A stretch of 64,000 nucleotides of DNA from positions 128,080-192,079 of the forward strand of contig MHKF01000012.1 in the NCBI GenBank assembly GCA_001818315.1, in the 5' to 3' direction. The stretch comes from Candidatus Kerfeldbacteria bacterium RIFCSPLOWO2_02_FULL_42_19 (GTDB lineage: Bacteria > Patescibacteriota > Patescibacteriia > HO2-48-17). Below are positions 36,988 through 46,290 of the stretch, piece after piece. The first letter of the stretch is position 1. Each line of letters opens with the position of its first letter. Made by a program: the position numbers and the translations under genes. Below the pieces are notes generated by a model, which searched no databases, was not told the DNA's origin, and worked only from the letters and a program-made list of their open reading frames with translations.

Positions 36988-38517
36988 ATGACCCACACTA
37001 TGCCTGCAAAAGATTTTCCAAAAGAATGGCCGATCTATTTTAAAGACAATATTATCGTTGGAAATCTTCAGAATTCTGTTGGAATTGCCTGTCTTTGGAC
37101 GCCGAAAGTCATGTTCGCACGAAAGTTAAACGCCGCAAGTTACTGCGTTTTGAGTCAGTTGTATTCGAACGACGGCATTAATCCAATTTTGCGCAATGTT
37201 TTAGCTCGGCCGCAAATTCATACGATTGTTATTTGCGGGCAGGATAAAATTGGTTCAGCCGATGCGCTGACAAAGCTTTGCGTTAGCGGTATTGATGAGA
37301 AATACAAGATAATCGGTAAACTCGAGGCAAAGGTGGATAAGGAGATTCCGCGCGAGGCCGTGGAACTTTTTCGTAGGAACGTAAAGATTGTGGATATGCG
37401 TGGCGTGCTCGATGCGGCGAAAATTCAACAAGCCGTGCGCGAACACGCAGCGCCGAACACACCGTGGGCAGCGCCGCAACTTTTTCCTGAACCAGAACTT
37501 TCAACCGAACGTTTTCCGATCGATCCTCACGGAGTCAAGATTCGTGAGAAGTATGTCGCGCAAGCGTGGCTTCGGGTGCTGTATTATATTATGCGCTTCG
37601 GCGCGGAAAAACCTACGCATCACGGCACGAATCAAAAAGAACTCCTGAATATGATGACGATTATCACTGACGAAGATCCCGAAAATATCCATTGGGCAGA
37701 TTGGTTCAATTTTACACGCGAGCACTTTGAAGGGTATAAGCTACAAGTCATGAGTGCGGAATCGATTCCTAGTCTGGAGTATACGTACGGCATGCGATTG
37801 CGGAATCACGATGGCGTGAATCAGATTGAGACGCTTATTGCAAAAATTCGAGAGGAATATTTTTCCCGACGCGCTGTTGCTTTTACGTGGAATGTCGCTC
37901 AGGATAACGTGAGTCAGCATCCGCCGTGCCTTGATCTCGTACAGGTGATTGTGCAGGACGATACGCTTCACATGACGTGTTACTTTCGTTCGAATGACAT
38001 GTTCCGCGCATGGCCGGAAAATGCGTTGGCCTTGCGCACGATGCACAAGGAGATTGCCGACGGAGTGGAATTGCCGATGGGCGAAATGTGTATTATTTCT
38101 CACAGCGCTCATGTGTACGAAGAAAACTATAATGAAGTGAAGGAGCTTTTGAAAAATTATTATGCGAAAGAGGTTGTTTTTTGCCGTTTTGATCCGCGTG
38201 GCAATTTTACGATTCACGTGAATCGCGAAAAGCGTCAGTTAGAAATGATCATGATGACGCCGAAAGGTGAGAAGATTGTCAAATACGAAGCACCCGATGC
38301 GTTCCGTATGATGCAAAAATTGGTCGCTGATGAAGCAGTTAGCGAGATTGGGCACGCGTTAGATTTGGGTGAGGAGCTCATGGAAGCAGAAATTTGTTTG
38401 CGTACAGGCCTTGAATATCGGCAGGATATCACAGGACGTACGCAATTTTTAAAGGAACTTGATCAGCTTTTGGCAGCACGCAGGCAAGAGGAACGAATCT
38501 TCGCGCGTTCAAGATGA
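36988..38517 (+). CDS. thyA: Thymidylate synthase with an N-terminal MtrA-like domain and a C-terminal DUF4346-like domain
   Basis: TS core motifs YTYG.R, SRRA, PPCL, FRSND, AWPEN, SAHVYE. N-terminal IACLWT...QLYS..GI...RNVLA.P.I...CG.D; C-terminal DPRGNF.I...HALDLG.EL..AE......EY.QD. Confidence 0.85.
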   Translation: MTHTMPAKDFPKEWPIYFKDNIIVGNLQNSVGIACLWTPKVMFARKLNAASYCVLSQLYSNDGINPILRNVLARPQIHTIVICGQDKIGSADALTKLCVSGIDEKYKIIGKLEAKVDKEIPREAVELFRRNVKIVDMRGVLDAAKIQQAVREHAAPNTPWAAPQLFPEPELSTERFPIDPHGVKIREKYVAQAWLRVLYYIMRFGAEKPTHHGTNQKELLNMMTIITDEDPENIHWADWFNFTREHFEGYKLQVMSAESIPSLEYTYGMRLRNHDGVNQIETLIAKIREEYFSRRAVAFTWNVAQDNVSQHPPCLDLVQVIVQDDTLHMTCYFRSNDMFRAWPENALALRTMHKEIADGVELPMGEMCIISHSAHVYEENYNEVKELLKNYYAKEVVFCRFDPRGNFTIHVNREKRQLEMIMMTPKGEKIVKYEAPDAFRMMQKLVADEAVSEIGHALDLGEELMEAEICLRTGLEYRQDITGRTQFLKELDQLLAARRQEERIFARSR

Positions 38518-38625
38518 TGTTTCCTACCTTTCTATGAACCTCACGTTGTTTTGACAATTTTTATTATCCGTGATACCCCTTTCTTACTACGTTCTACGTT
38601 CCAATAGGAAAAAAAGGAGAGAAAA

Positions 38626-39453
38626 ATGGAGCAGCAGAAGTTAAGTAGATACTTTGTTGTTTGTTTCGGTGAATGGATCAGTAAGATTTTTTCGCCTCAT
38701 CGAATCGATAACCTTTCTGTGGATTTTGTTGCGGTCGTTGAGGGAGAACAAATGATTCACTGTACATTCACACCCGCGTCGCTGTTCGATCCACCTCAAA
38801 CTTTAAAATTTCTAGCGCAGACGCTGGACGGGATCGTAAAACAATCTCAGGCTGTTGCTGGAAGAGTCCAGGCATACATCAAAACGCGACTTATCCAAGC
38901 CGAAGTCAAGGGACAGCCGATCATTGATGTTCATCATACGAAAACATTCCGCACTGCTGCGGGTTTTGTGGCGGGCTTGGAAGTGTCTATTACCTTTACT
39001 CCGCTCGTGCCACTTCGTCCCTTGAAGGAGAGTACGCACAACATCATCCATACATTTTCGGATTTTTTTTCGGAGTATCATTTGATTCGAGAGGGTTGTC
39101 GCGTGGAGGAGGGACTGTTCGTTGGATTGGCGGCTCAGATGATTGCAGAGACTCTCGCGCGGATGCTTTTTGAAGCTGCGATGGCGAATCCGCCGGTTTT
39201 ACCGGACAAGCGTGCTGAGCGATACGATTCCCTTCAAGCCCAAATCAAGGCGCATGAAGCAAAGCTCCAGGAATTACGGCAGCAGATGAAAGCGCTTGGT
39301 TCGCCCGAAGGGTGTGCCGGTGAAGATGATGGACAGTACTGCAGTCAGAGTTTCTGGTTGGAGGCTGATGGGAAAATACCGGACGGCTGGACAGTGGACT
39401 TCTGTGGAGATGGATGCTGTACGAAATTTTACTGCCCGGAGCATGCGCGATGA
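38626..39453 (+). CDS. Hypothetical protein with a coiled coil and a Cys-rich tail
   Basis: TTGACA and AGGAG upstream; tail C...C...P.GW....CGDGCCTKFYCPEH. Confidence 0.7.
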   Translation: MEQQKLSRYFVVCFGEWISKIFSPHRIDNLSVDFVAVVEGEQMIHCTFTPASLFDPPQTLKFLAQTLDGIVKQSQAVAGRVQAYIKTRLIQAEVKGQPIIDVHHTKTFRTAAGFVAGLEVSITFTPLVPLRPLKESTHNIIHTFSDFFSEYHLIREGCRVEEGLFVGLAAQMIAETLARMLFEAAMANPPVLPDKRAERYDSLQAQIKAHEAKLQELRQQMKALGSPEGCAGEDDGQYCSQSFWLEADGKIPDGWTVDFCGDGCCTKFYCPEHAR

Positions 39454-39481
39454 TCGGGAATTCGTGAAAGGAGGTGATTGC

Positions 39482-39916
39482 ATGGGGCAAAATTTACGAC
39501 CAACTGCTTTACAATTGGAAGAGTTGGAGAAGTTGGGTCTTCCAGTTTCAGGGAATCCGTGGATTACGTTCGACGCCTGCCGTGAACTCCTTTTGTTCAT
39601 TATTCATGGAAATTATACTGTGGGCAAGATCAGAGATGAACGAGCGACTATCGCGGTATCTTATTGGAAGCAGTGGGTTGGTAAGAGAGTCGAATCGCAA
39701 GCGAGCTTCGCTCCTGGCCATGGAGAGGTTCTCTATCTGAAGCCTCATAAGGTTGAGGATGTAGGGGCGTTACGCAGAGATTCACACGGACGCTTCGATC
39801 ATCTCTTTCCGTTTCAGGCGAGTGTTCGTTTCGATGATGGACGAAAGAAAATACTTGCATTGTCGCATCTTCGCCTACTCAAGAAAACAGAAAGCGATGT
39901 TTCGGAGGTCTCATGA
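39482..39916 (+). CDS. Hypothetical protein
   Basis: AGGAGGTGA precedes ATG 39482, inside ORF 39296-39916. Confidence 0.65.
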   Translation: MGQNLRPTALQLEELEKLGLPVSGNPWITFDACRELLLFIIHGNYTVGKIRDERATIAVSYWKQWVGKRVESQASFAPGHGEVLYLKPHKVEDVGALRRDSHGRFDHLFPFQASVRFDDGRKKILALSHLRLLKKTESDVSEVS

Positions 39917-39938
39917 GGTCGTTTTAGAAGTTTGCTCC

Positions 39939-40163
39939 TTAGAGTTTTTTGGAGAAAAGGGCACGTTGTTTCTGCACTGGTATTTTCAATGTGCCCTTTT
40001 GTGTTTTGTCACAAAAAATTTCTCCGTGTTCAAAATTAATCGTTATTTGATCGCCAGAAGCGAGGCATTGCGTCGCATTATTCGTTCCGACAATACAAGG
40101 AATATGGAATTCACGCGCGATGATCGCAGGATGACTCGTCACTCCACCTCGGTCCATGAGCAT
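39939..40163 (-). pseudogene. Fragment of a PEP-utilising enzyme mobile (phospho-His swivel) domain
   Basis: DRGGVTSHPAIIAREFHIPCIVGTNNATQCL..GD.I matches the PpsA/PPDK/EI signature; the N-terminal part is missing. Confidence 0.7.
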
Positions 40164-40214
40164 GATCAGATAATATTTGCTTTTAGTCTGGTTTTTTCTT
40201 ATGATGAAACACAT

Positions 40215-41162
40215 ATGTCCGAGATTCACAAACTTATCATTATCGGCTCCGGTCCTGCTGGAATTACTGCGGCGTTGTATGCGGCACGAGCAGACCTCGC
40301 GCCGATTGTTTTGCTTGGCAAAGAACCTGGTGGACAACTTATGACGACAACTGATGTGGAAAATTATCCTGGTTTTCCCGAGGGCATACAAGGCCCGGAG
40401 CTTATGCAGAAGTTTATGGATCAAGCAAAGCGTTTTGGCGCGAAACTTGTCAGTGAATCCGTTGTACGCGTCGATTTTTCTAGTCCGCCGCACAAGGTTT
40501 ATGTGAGCGCGAGCGTTGGTGAAAAAGAATATAGAGGTGAAGCGGTGATCGTTGCGACCGGTGCTTCTGCTATGTGGCTTGGTTTGGAATCTGAAGCACG
40601 ATTACGCGGACGCGGCGTTTCGAGTTGCGCTACATGCGATGGAGCTTTTTTTCGCAATAAGTCCGTAGTTGTCGTCGGCGGTGGAGATACCGCTCTGGAA
40701 GAAGCGCTTTTTTTGACGAAGTTTTCAACGAAAGTCACAGTTGTGCACCGACGCGATGCATTGCGCGCAAGCAAAATTATGCAGGATCGTGCTTTCGGAA
40801 ATTCAAAGATAGCTTTCATTTGGAATGTTGAAGTCATCGAGGTATTAGGTTCACAGAAAGTAGAAAGTGTGAAATTGCGTGATACAAAAACAGGCGCAGA
40901 GTCGATTTTCCCCTGTGAAGGACTTTTTATTGCCATCGGTCATAAACCGAATACAGACGTTTTTAAGAACGTGCTCCAACTCGATAAAAAGGGTTACATT
41001 GTTCCCGAAGATGAAACCGCGAGCGGCATCGAAGGTATTTTTATTGCCGGTGACGTAGGTGATATTCGATATCGACAGGCAGTAACAGCCGCGGGTTCCG
41101 GATGTAAAGCTGCGATGGATGCCGAACGTTGGCTCGAAGAACGCACATCTCACAGCGTGTAG
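40215..41162 (+). CDS. trxB: Thioredoxin-disulfide reductase
   Basis: GSGPAG, GGQL.TTT.VENYPGF, CATCDG, GGGD.A.EEA, HRRD and YRQA.TAAG motifs; start moved to ATG 40215. Confidence 0.95.
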   Translation: MSEIHKLIIIGSGPAGITAALYAARADLAPIVLLGKEPGGQLMTTTDVENYPGFPEGIQGPELMQKFMDQAKRFGAKLVSESVVRVDFSSPPHKVYVSASVGEKEYRGEAVIVATGASAMWLGLESEARLRGRGVSSCATCDGAFFRNKSVVVVGGGDTALEEALFLTKFSTKVTVVHRRDALRASKIMQDRAFGNSKIAFIWNVEVIEVLGSQKVESVKLRDTKTGAESIFPCEGLFIAIGHKPNTDVFKNVLQLDKKGYIVPEDETASGIEGIFIAGDVGDIRYRQAVTAAGSGCKAAMDAERWLEERTSHSV

Positions 41163-41228
41163 TGTTTTTTATGCAGCAATTCATTTCGTGATATGATAAC
41201 CATGTGATAGTTTTCTATTAAATTTTCT

Positions 41229-41810
41229 ATGGATAAGCGCTCTCAGAAGATTTCCAAAAATTTTACGTCGAAGGATTACGTTGGCATTATCATCGCTCTT
41301 TTGATTGTAGTTCTCGCACTGCTCGGTCGTTGGTATTTTCAAAAAGAAGGTCGTGTGACGCAAGACAAAACAACTTCCGGTGCTGCTTCTGAGAATAGTT
41401 CGAATTCAGTAAACGATGCTGATACGCCGGCGTCTCGTTTGTTCTTTTTACGGCCTACGCAAGTCTCTTTCGATGAGCAGTTGGATATACGTGTGATTTT
41501 AAGTGAACTCGTCTTTATACCTTGTCCGACATCGGAGCTCGGGTGTCGTTTTCAGGAATTTCGAGCAGGTATTATTGTGTCTGTTGTATCGGAACCACAA
41601 AATACAACTCGGCTTTTATTTAACAACTTCCCTTCCGAACAATTCGCTTTTGGAAAACGTTTCCGCCTACTTGACGCTGCTCAGGATTTTGTTCGTTTGC
41701 TCGTCGTGGAATCTACCAGTACGGAATCTGCAACAATCGATACCGGTACATCTCAAAATTTTGTGATCACCGTTGATGACGCCGAAGTCGTCGATTCTCC
41801 GCAGAAGTAG
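41229..41810 (+). CDS. Membrane-anchored hypothetical protein
   Basis: N-terminal TM helix; one Cys pair. Confidence 0.65.
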   Translation: MDKRSQKISKNFTSKDYVGIIIALLIVVLALLGRWYFQKEGRVTQDKTTSGAASENSSNSVNDADTPASRLFFLRPTQVSFDEQLDIRVILSELVFIPCPTSELGCRFQEFRAGIIVSVVSEPQNTTRLLFNNFPSEQFAFGKRFRLLDAAQDFVRLLVVESTSTESATIDTGTSQNFVITVDDAEVVDSPQK

Positions 41811-42066
41811 TGATATACTGCGACGCCGACTGGAAATTAACACCACATTTCATGGACCAGTATAATCGGGGCGCAAAAAGGATGTTGTGCGACCTATCTG
41901 AATTCCACAACTTTTCCGTATGCTCTCCTTGGATTCAGTGCGGTTTCATAGTGTGATATCCATAGTTATAAGTCACGGTGGATAGGCGTTTCGAAAAAAT
42001 AGACATGCACTCCTTGACGTAGACGTACAAAAAAATCTACATACTTGTTGATGACGATGAGACACA

Positions 42067-43692
42067 TTATGGTGAAACCAGATAAAATGTTTCGTTGACA
42101 CCATGAAATTGATCAGTCAATGTGATATCCGGTCGATAGTGCGGTTCGCTGACATAACTTGTTTCAAATGGGCTCCCCGTTAAAATGACTTTTGGATTCT
42201 GCTGCAGGAAGCTGTGAATGTCAATCACTGTATTCCACTTGGAGAATTGTTTAGTGAAGATTTCATATACAAAATAATTTGGATACAGTTGGGTTAACTC
42301 CCAATTATATGATTGTGACACACTATTATTGCCAAAATTTAAAGCAAATTCAAGTGATGATGATCGAAAATAATGAAAAACGGTATAATCAGCATAGCGT
42401 TCTTGTAATTCTTGTTGAAGAGAGAGTACTTCTTGCTTGGTATTCTTTTCTACCGTATTTAATTTTTTCACTTCTGAAAAGGTAAGTGCCATCGATTGAC
42501 CAGCGAACACAAAAAAAAGAATAGTCAGACATATTGTTGCAACCGTTTTTGGTTCATGAAAATGACGCAATTGGAGAAGAGCACAACAAATCATCATAGC
42601 TGTAAGTGGTACGAACGGCAAATAATAATATTGGATCATATGCTTGGCAATAAAACCAAAGGCGAGAATTTGGGTGATCGCTGCAGCTGCACCCACACGA
42701 AATGTCATTGTTTGGAGATACTGTCGCCGTTGTGGCAAAACAATGATGCTCACGATACTGACGAGTAAAAAAAGAATGATGACTTCGAAAATATGGGGAA
42801 AACCATCAAGTAATATTTTGAGATTACTCCAATAGACCGACCAATCTAGAATTTGTGCAGTTCCGGCACCATGAATACCACTGTGTTGAAAAATCTTTAT
42901 TACCCAATCGAATAACTCTGCATAGCGCTGTCGAATAGGTAAGGTAAAAAAAAAGAAAAAACTAACGGCGCTTATCAAATAGAGTAATTTTAAACGGATT
43001 GTACGGATGATAATGAGAGGAAGGACAATCGTTGGCAAAAAATTCATTTTGGTGGCAATACCTAAACCAATAATCATTGCAGCTATGAGCGCATACACTA
43101 TGCCATGGCGCCAAGTTTGTTGCTTTGATTTGAGCATCATCACTAGCCACAGCATGAGCAATAATACTACTGTTAACAACATAGCTTCGGGTGCTACTTT
43201 CACTAAGCTATTCATTGGTATATAGCTAGAAAAAAATGGCGCGGTTTGTAGCAGCCATCCCAACCAAACGTTTTTTAATTTGTAATAAGCCGTAAAGCCG
43301 ATCGTACTTAATAGTAATGCATTGATGATGAGGAATACATAGCTCACTGTTTGTAAATATAATTCCGGATTTGTAAGCACGTCGGTTTCAAGTGTTGGCC
43401 AATCATAAACAAAATTGTTGCGTAGAAAGTGAACACACCGCATCACAATGGCAATAAAAATTTGTACCGGCGTACCAGGATGATCAATATGGCCAATGGG
43501 TAAATCTTCAATCACATTGAGTGCATTCATGAGATACGCATAATCTGGATCATAATTTGAACCTGACCAATATGGACCGCGCGAATTTTTAAGATACATC
43601 CCCAAGACAACAAAGAGTCCGGGAATGACGATAAAGCCTATCCAACGAGCTACAATTTTCCATTTGAAATGACGTGTGCCAATGATATTCAT
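42067..43692 (-). CDS. Polytopic membrane protein, GT-C (ArnT/PMT-like) glycosyltransferase candidate
   Basis: YDPDYAY, DHPG, PE and G..TK motifs; many TM helices. Confidence 0.7.
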   Translation of the reverse strand: MNIIGTRHFKWKIVARWIGFIVIPGLFVVLGMYLKNSRGPYWSGSNYDPDYAYLMNALNVIEDLPIGHIDHPGTPVQIFIAIVMRCVHFLRNNFVYDWPTLETDVLTNPELYLQTVSYVFLIINALLLSTIGFTAYYKLKNVWLGWLLQTAPFFSSYIPMNSLVKVAPEAMLLTVVLLLMLWLVMMLKSKQQTWRHGIVYALIAAMIIGLGIATKMNFLPTIVLPLIIIRTIRLKLLYLISAVSFFFFFTLPIRQRYAELFDWVIKIFQHSGIHGAGTAQILDWSVYWSNLKILLDGFPHIFEVIILFLLVSIVSIIVLPQRRQYLQTMTFRVGAAAAITQILAFGFIAKHMIQYYYLPFVPLTAMMICCALLQLRHFHEPKTVATICLTILFFVFAGQSMALTFSEVKKLNTVEKNTKQEVLSLQQELQERYADYTVFHYFRSSSLEFALNFGNNSVSQSYNWELTQLYPNYFVYEIFTKQFSKWNTVIDIHSFLQQNPKVILTGSPFETSYVSEPHYRPDITLTDQFHGVNETFYLVSP

Positions 43693-43700
43693 AGTCTGTG

Positions 43701-45077
43701 TTATCGAGGATAAAGTTCTTGTAACTCAACTGTATATGAGCCGTACGCAAAGTTATTACCGGCCTGCAAAGCCGAGTACTGGCCGGCACTTGTTTCATGA
43801 GTCGCAAGAAATTCCTTTTGCGTTTGTCGTTCAATGTCAATAGCTTGCGAGGTTTGACGAGAGCCTGAGATAATCGACTGTACAAATATAAAAATAAACA
43901 AAACTGCCAGGTAAACTCCGCTGGCATTTCGATGTTGAGATTTATTGCGCAATTGCATGAGAATACAACAAACTATAATGCCAGTCAGTGGAATAAATGG
44001 TATAAAATAATGATAACGCATATGTTTTGCAATCATCACCAGACTCAATAATTGACTAACGATGGCAGCTGCACCCACACGAAATGTCATTGTTTGGAGA
44101 TACTGCCGCCGTTGTGGCAAAACAATGATGCTCACGATACTGACGAGTAAAAAAAGAATGATGACTTCGAAAATACGGGGAAAACCATCGATTAATCCTT
44201 GCAAGTTGTTCCAATAGAGAGGCCAATCAATCACACCAACTGTACCGCTCCCGTGAATACCTGTATGTTGAAAAATACTTCCAAACCAATGAAATAATTT
44301 ATTGTATTGTGATCGAATCGGCCATGTCCACAAGAAAAAAAATCCAATCGTACTAGCGAAATACAATAATTTTAAGCGGATGGTTTGAATAATGAATAAC
44401 GGCACAATAAGCATTGGCAAAAAATTGACTTTGGTTGCAATACCCAAACCAACGATACTAGCAGCCACCAAACTAGAGTCGATCGCTTGGCGCCGATTGA
44501 ATTTGGTTTTCCCGAGCATTACGACTAACCAACAAATCAATAGCAAGACAATGGTCAATAATAATCCTTCCGGCGCCACTTTCGTGAAACTGTACATTGG
44601 TATGAATGAGCTCAGGAATGGCGTCGACTGCAAAATAATGGCAAAATAATAGTTTTTCAGTATCCCATATGTTATTATTCCAACGGTCAATAATAATACT
44701 GAATTGATGATCAGTAATGTATAACTGATGGCCTGTAAATACAATTCTGGATGTATTAGAACATCTGTTTCGAGCGTTTGTAAATCATATTGGGCACCAT
44801 TGCGTATAAGATGAGACGTTTTAATCACGAGTGCACTGAATAATTGTACCGGCGTACCAGGATGATCAATATGGCCAATGGGTAAATCTTCAATCACATT
44901 GAGTGCATTCATGAGATACGCATAATCTGGATCATAATTTGAACCTGACCAATATGGACCGCGCACATTTTTTATAAATATCCCTGTCATCAATAATGCG
45001 ACCGGAAGGATCAGCAAGCCGCACCCCAGTAACCAGGATTTCCAACTCAAGTGTCGCAACCAATTTACCAGCTGCAT
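43701..45077 (-). CDS. Tandem paralogue of the GT-C-like membrane protein, shorter at the C-terminus
   Basis: Collinear with 42067-43692; ends at ELYPR where the paralogue continues. Confidence 0.7.
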   Translation of the reverse strand: MQLVNWLRHLSWKSWLLGCGLLILPVALLMTGIFIKNVRGPYWSGSNYDPDYAYLMNALNVIEDLPIGHIDHPGTPVQLFSALVIKTSHLIRNGAQYDLQTLETDVLIHPELYLQAISYTLLIINSVLLLTVGIITYGILKNYYFAIILQSTPFLSSFIPMYSFTKVAPEGLLLTIVLLLICWLVVMLGKTKFNRRQAIDSSLVAASIVGLGIATKVNFLPMLIVPLFIIQTIRLKLLYFASTIGFFFLWTWPIRSQYNKLFHWFGSIFQHTGIHGSGTVGVIDWPLYWNNLQGLIDGFPRIFEVIILFLLVSIVSIIVLPQRRQYLQTMTFRVGAAAIVSQLLSLVMIAKHMRYHYFIPFIPLTGIIVCCILMQLRNKSQHRNASGVYLAVLFIFIFVQSIISGSRQTSQAIDIERQTQKEFLATHETSAGQYSALQAGNNFAYGSYTVELQELYPR

Positions 45078-45253
45078 ATTATTTGAGCAATGGCATTAAA
45101 AAAATACTGACAATCAATAACAGATAGTAGACATTTATAGATATCAGACAAATTTAATTTTGTTTCAAGCAAAGTAATCATTTTTAAAAGTAGCCAGCTG
45201 TGACGAAGGTGAGAAATATTGGTGGTGTCCTATGTTTGTGCCTTATATCGTAA

Positions 45254-46084
45254 TTAAAGATGATATGAAACTCCAATCCCAGCACCGGCATACCAATGAT
45301 GGAGGGGCTGCTCTTGAAAGAATAAAAAAGCTCGTTTCGTACGCTGACTAAATTCCCACAACTTTGATGAACAGTGAACATTGTCTCCGAGAATGATTGC
45401 TCGTGGTGATAATTTCGCTTGCACAGTCTCGTACTCGCGCAGTTCATATTCCTGAGAATGATCGCTGTCATTAATAAAAAGATCGATTGTCTGAGATAAT
45501 GTGTTCAGTGACGCGATTGAATCGCCATAGAGTATTTTGGCATATTCAGAGTATGGTAGCTGCAATAAATATCCAGCCACCGGGTCGATATCAGTCGTAT
45601 ATAAGTAGCCAGGTGCACCATCATGAGCATTACGTTTTAAAGCAGCCGCAATAATGCATGAACCAAGCCCCTTATTGGTTCCAGTTTCAACGACGATCTT
45701 CGGTTTCATCGCTCGAACAAATGCATACCAGCCAATGCGACGACTGTATTTTGCTGTTGAATCAGCAATATAGCGTTCGGGAGCCTGCTGTGTGAAACGA
45801 ACGATATGATCGTGTAATGCCTGATCATGGACAATTTCATCAATATATCGTTGTACGTCGCCTACAGGTTGATGGGTGACAGTAGCAACAAAGGCAATCA
45901 AATATTGCCTATTCAGGGCAGTGAGATCATATGTAAAATTATCAATCTCACGCGAAGTGAATGTCCAATGGAGTAATTGTTTGAATGTTGGTATGACATA
46001 ATGAGCACCAAACCAAAAACGGTATGGTATAAGCAGGATGCGACCTGCCGCCGTTGTTTTTAAAAAATGTTTCAACTTCTCCAT
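45254..46084 (-). CDS. Class I SAM-dependent methyltransferase (Methyltransf_24-like)
   Basis: VETGT..G.GS, GDS, DLFINDSDHS and DN motifs. Confidence 0.85.
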   Translation of the reverse strand: MEKLKHFLKTTAAGRILLIPYRFWFGAHYVIPTFKQLLHWTFTSREIDNFTYDLTALNRQYLIAFVATVTHQPVGDVQRYIDEIVHDQALHDHIVRFTQQAPERYIADSTAKYSRRIGWYAFVRAMKPKIVVETGTNKGLGSCIIAAALKRNAHDGAPGYLYTTDIDPVAGYLLQLPYSEYAKILYGDSIASLNTLSQTIDLFINDSDHSQEYELREYETVQAKLSPRAIILGDNVHCSSKLWEFSQRTKRAFLFFQEQPLHHWYAGAGIGVSYHL

Positions 46085-46290
46085 AGCTCCATTGTGGATC
46101 TAAAAATAATGGCGTTGTGGTATTTCAATAATCAGCAAAGTGTGCCGTAATCCTTACTTCTCAACTGCTGCTGTGCTCACCTCATCGGTTCGGTAACGGA
46201 CGTTAAATAGACGGCGCCACCCCCTGCGACTAATGTTGTAGTTTAACATCGCTCAACTGGGTCGTCAATTTTTCGCAAGTTTATTTTTTT

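Noticed and set aside
39822-40214. 131-aa N-terminal extension of trxB in the ORF track
   Set aside because: TrxB similarity starts at ATG 40215; the extension is the antisense of the swivel-domain fragment and overlaps the upstream gene.
42683-44964. Diversity-generating retroelement TR/VR pair
   Set aside because: Both copies lie inside collinear paralogous genes, differ at only two positions in total, and no reverse transcriptase is in the window.
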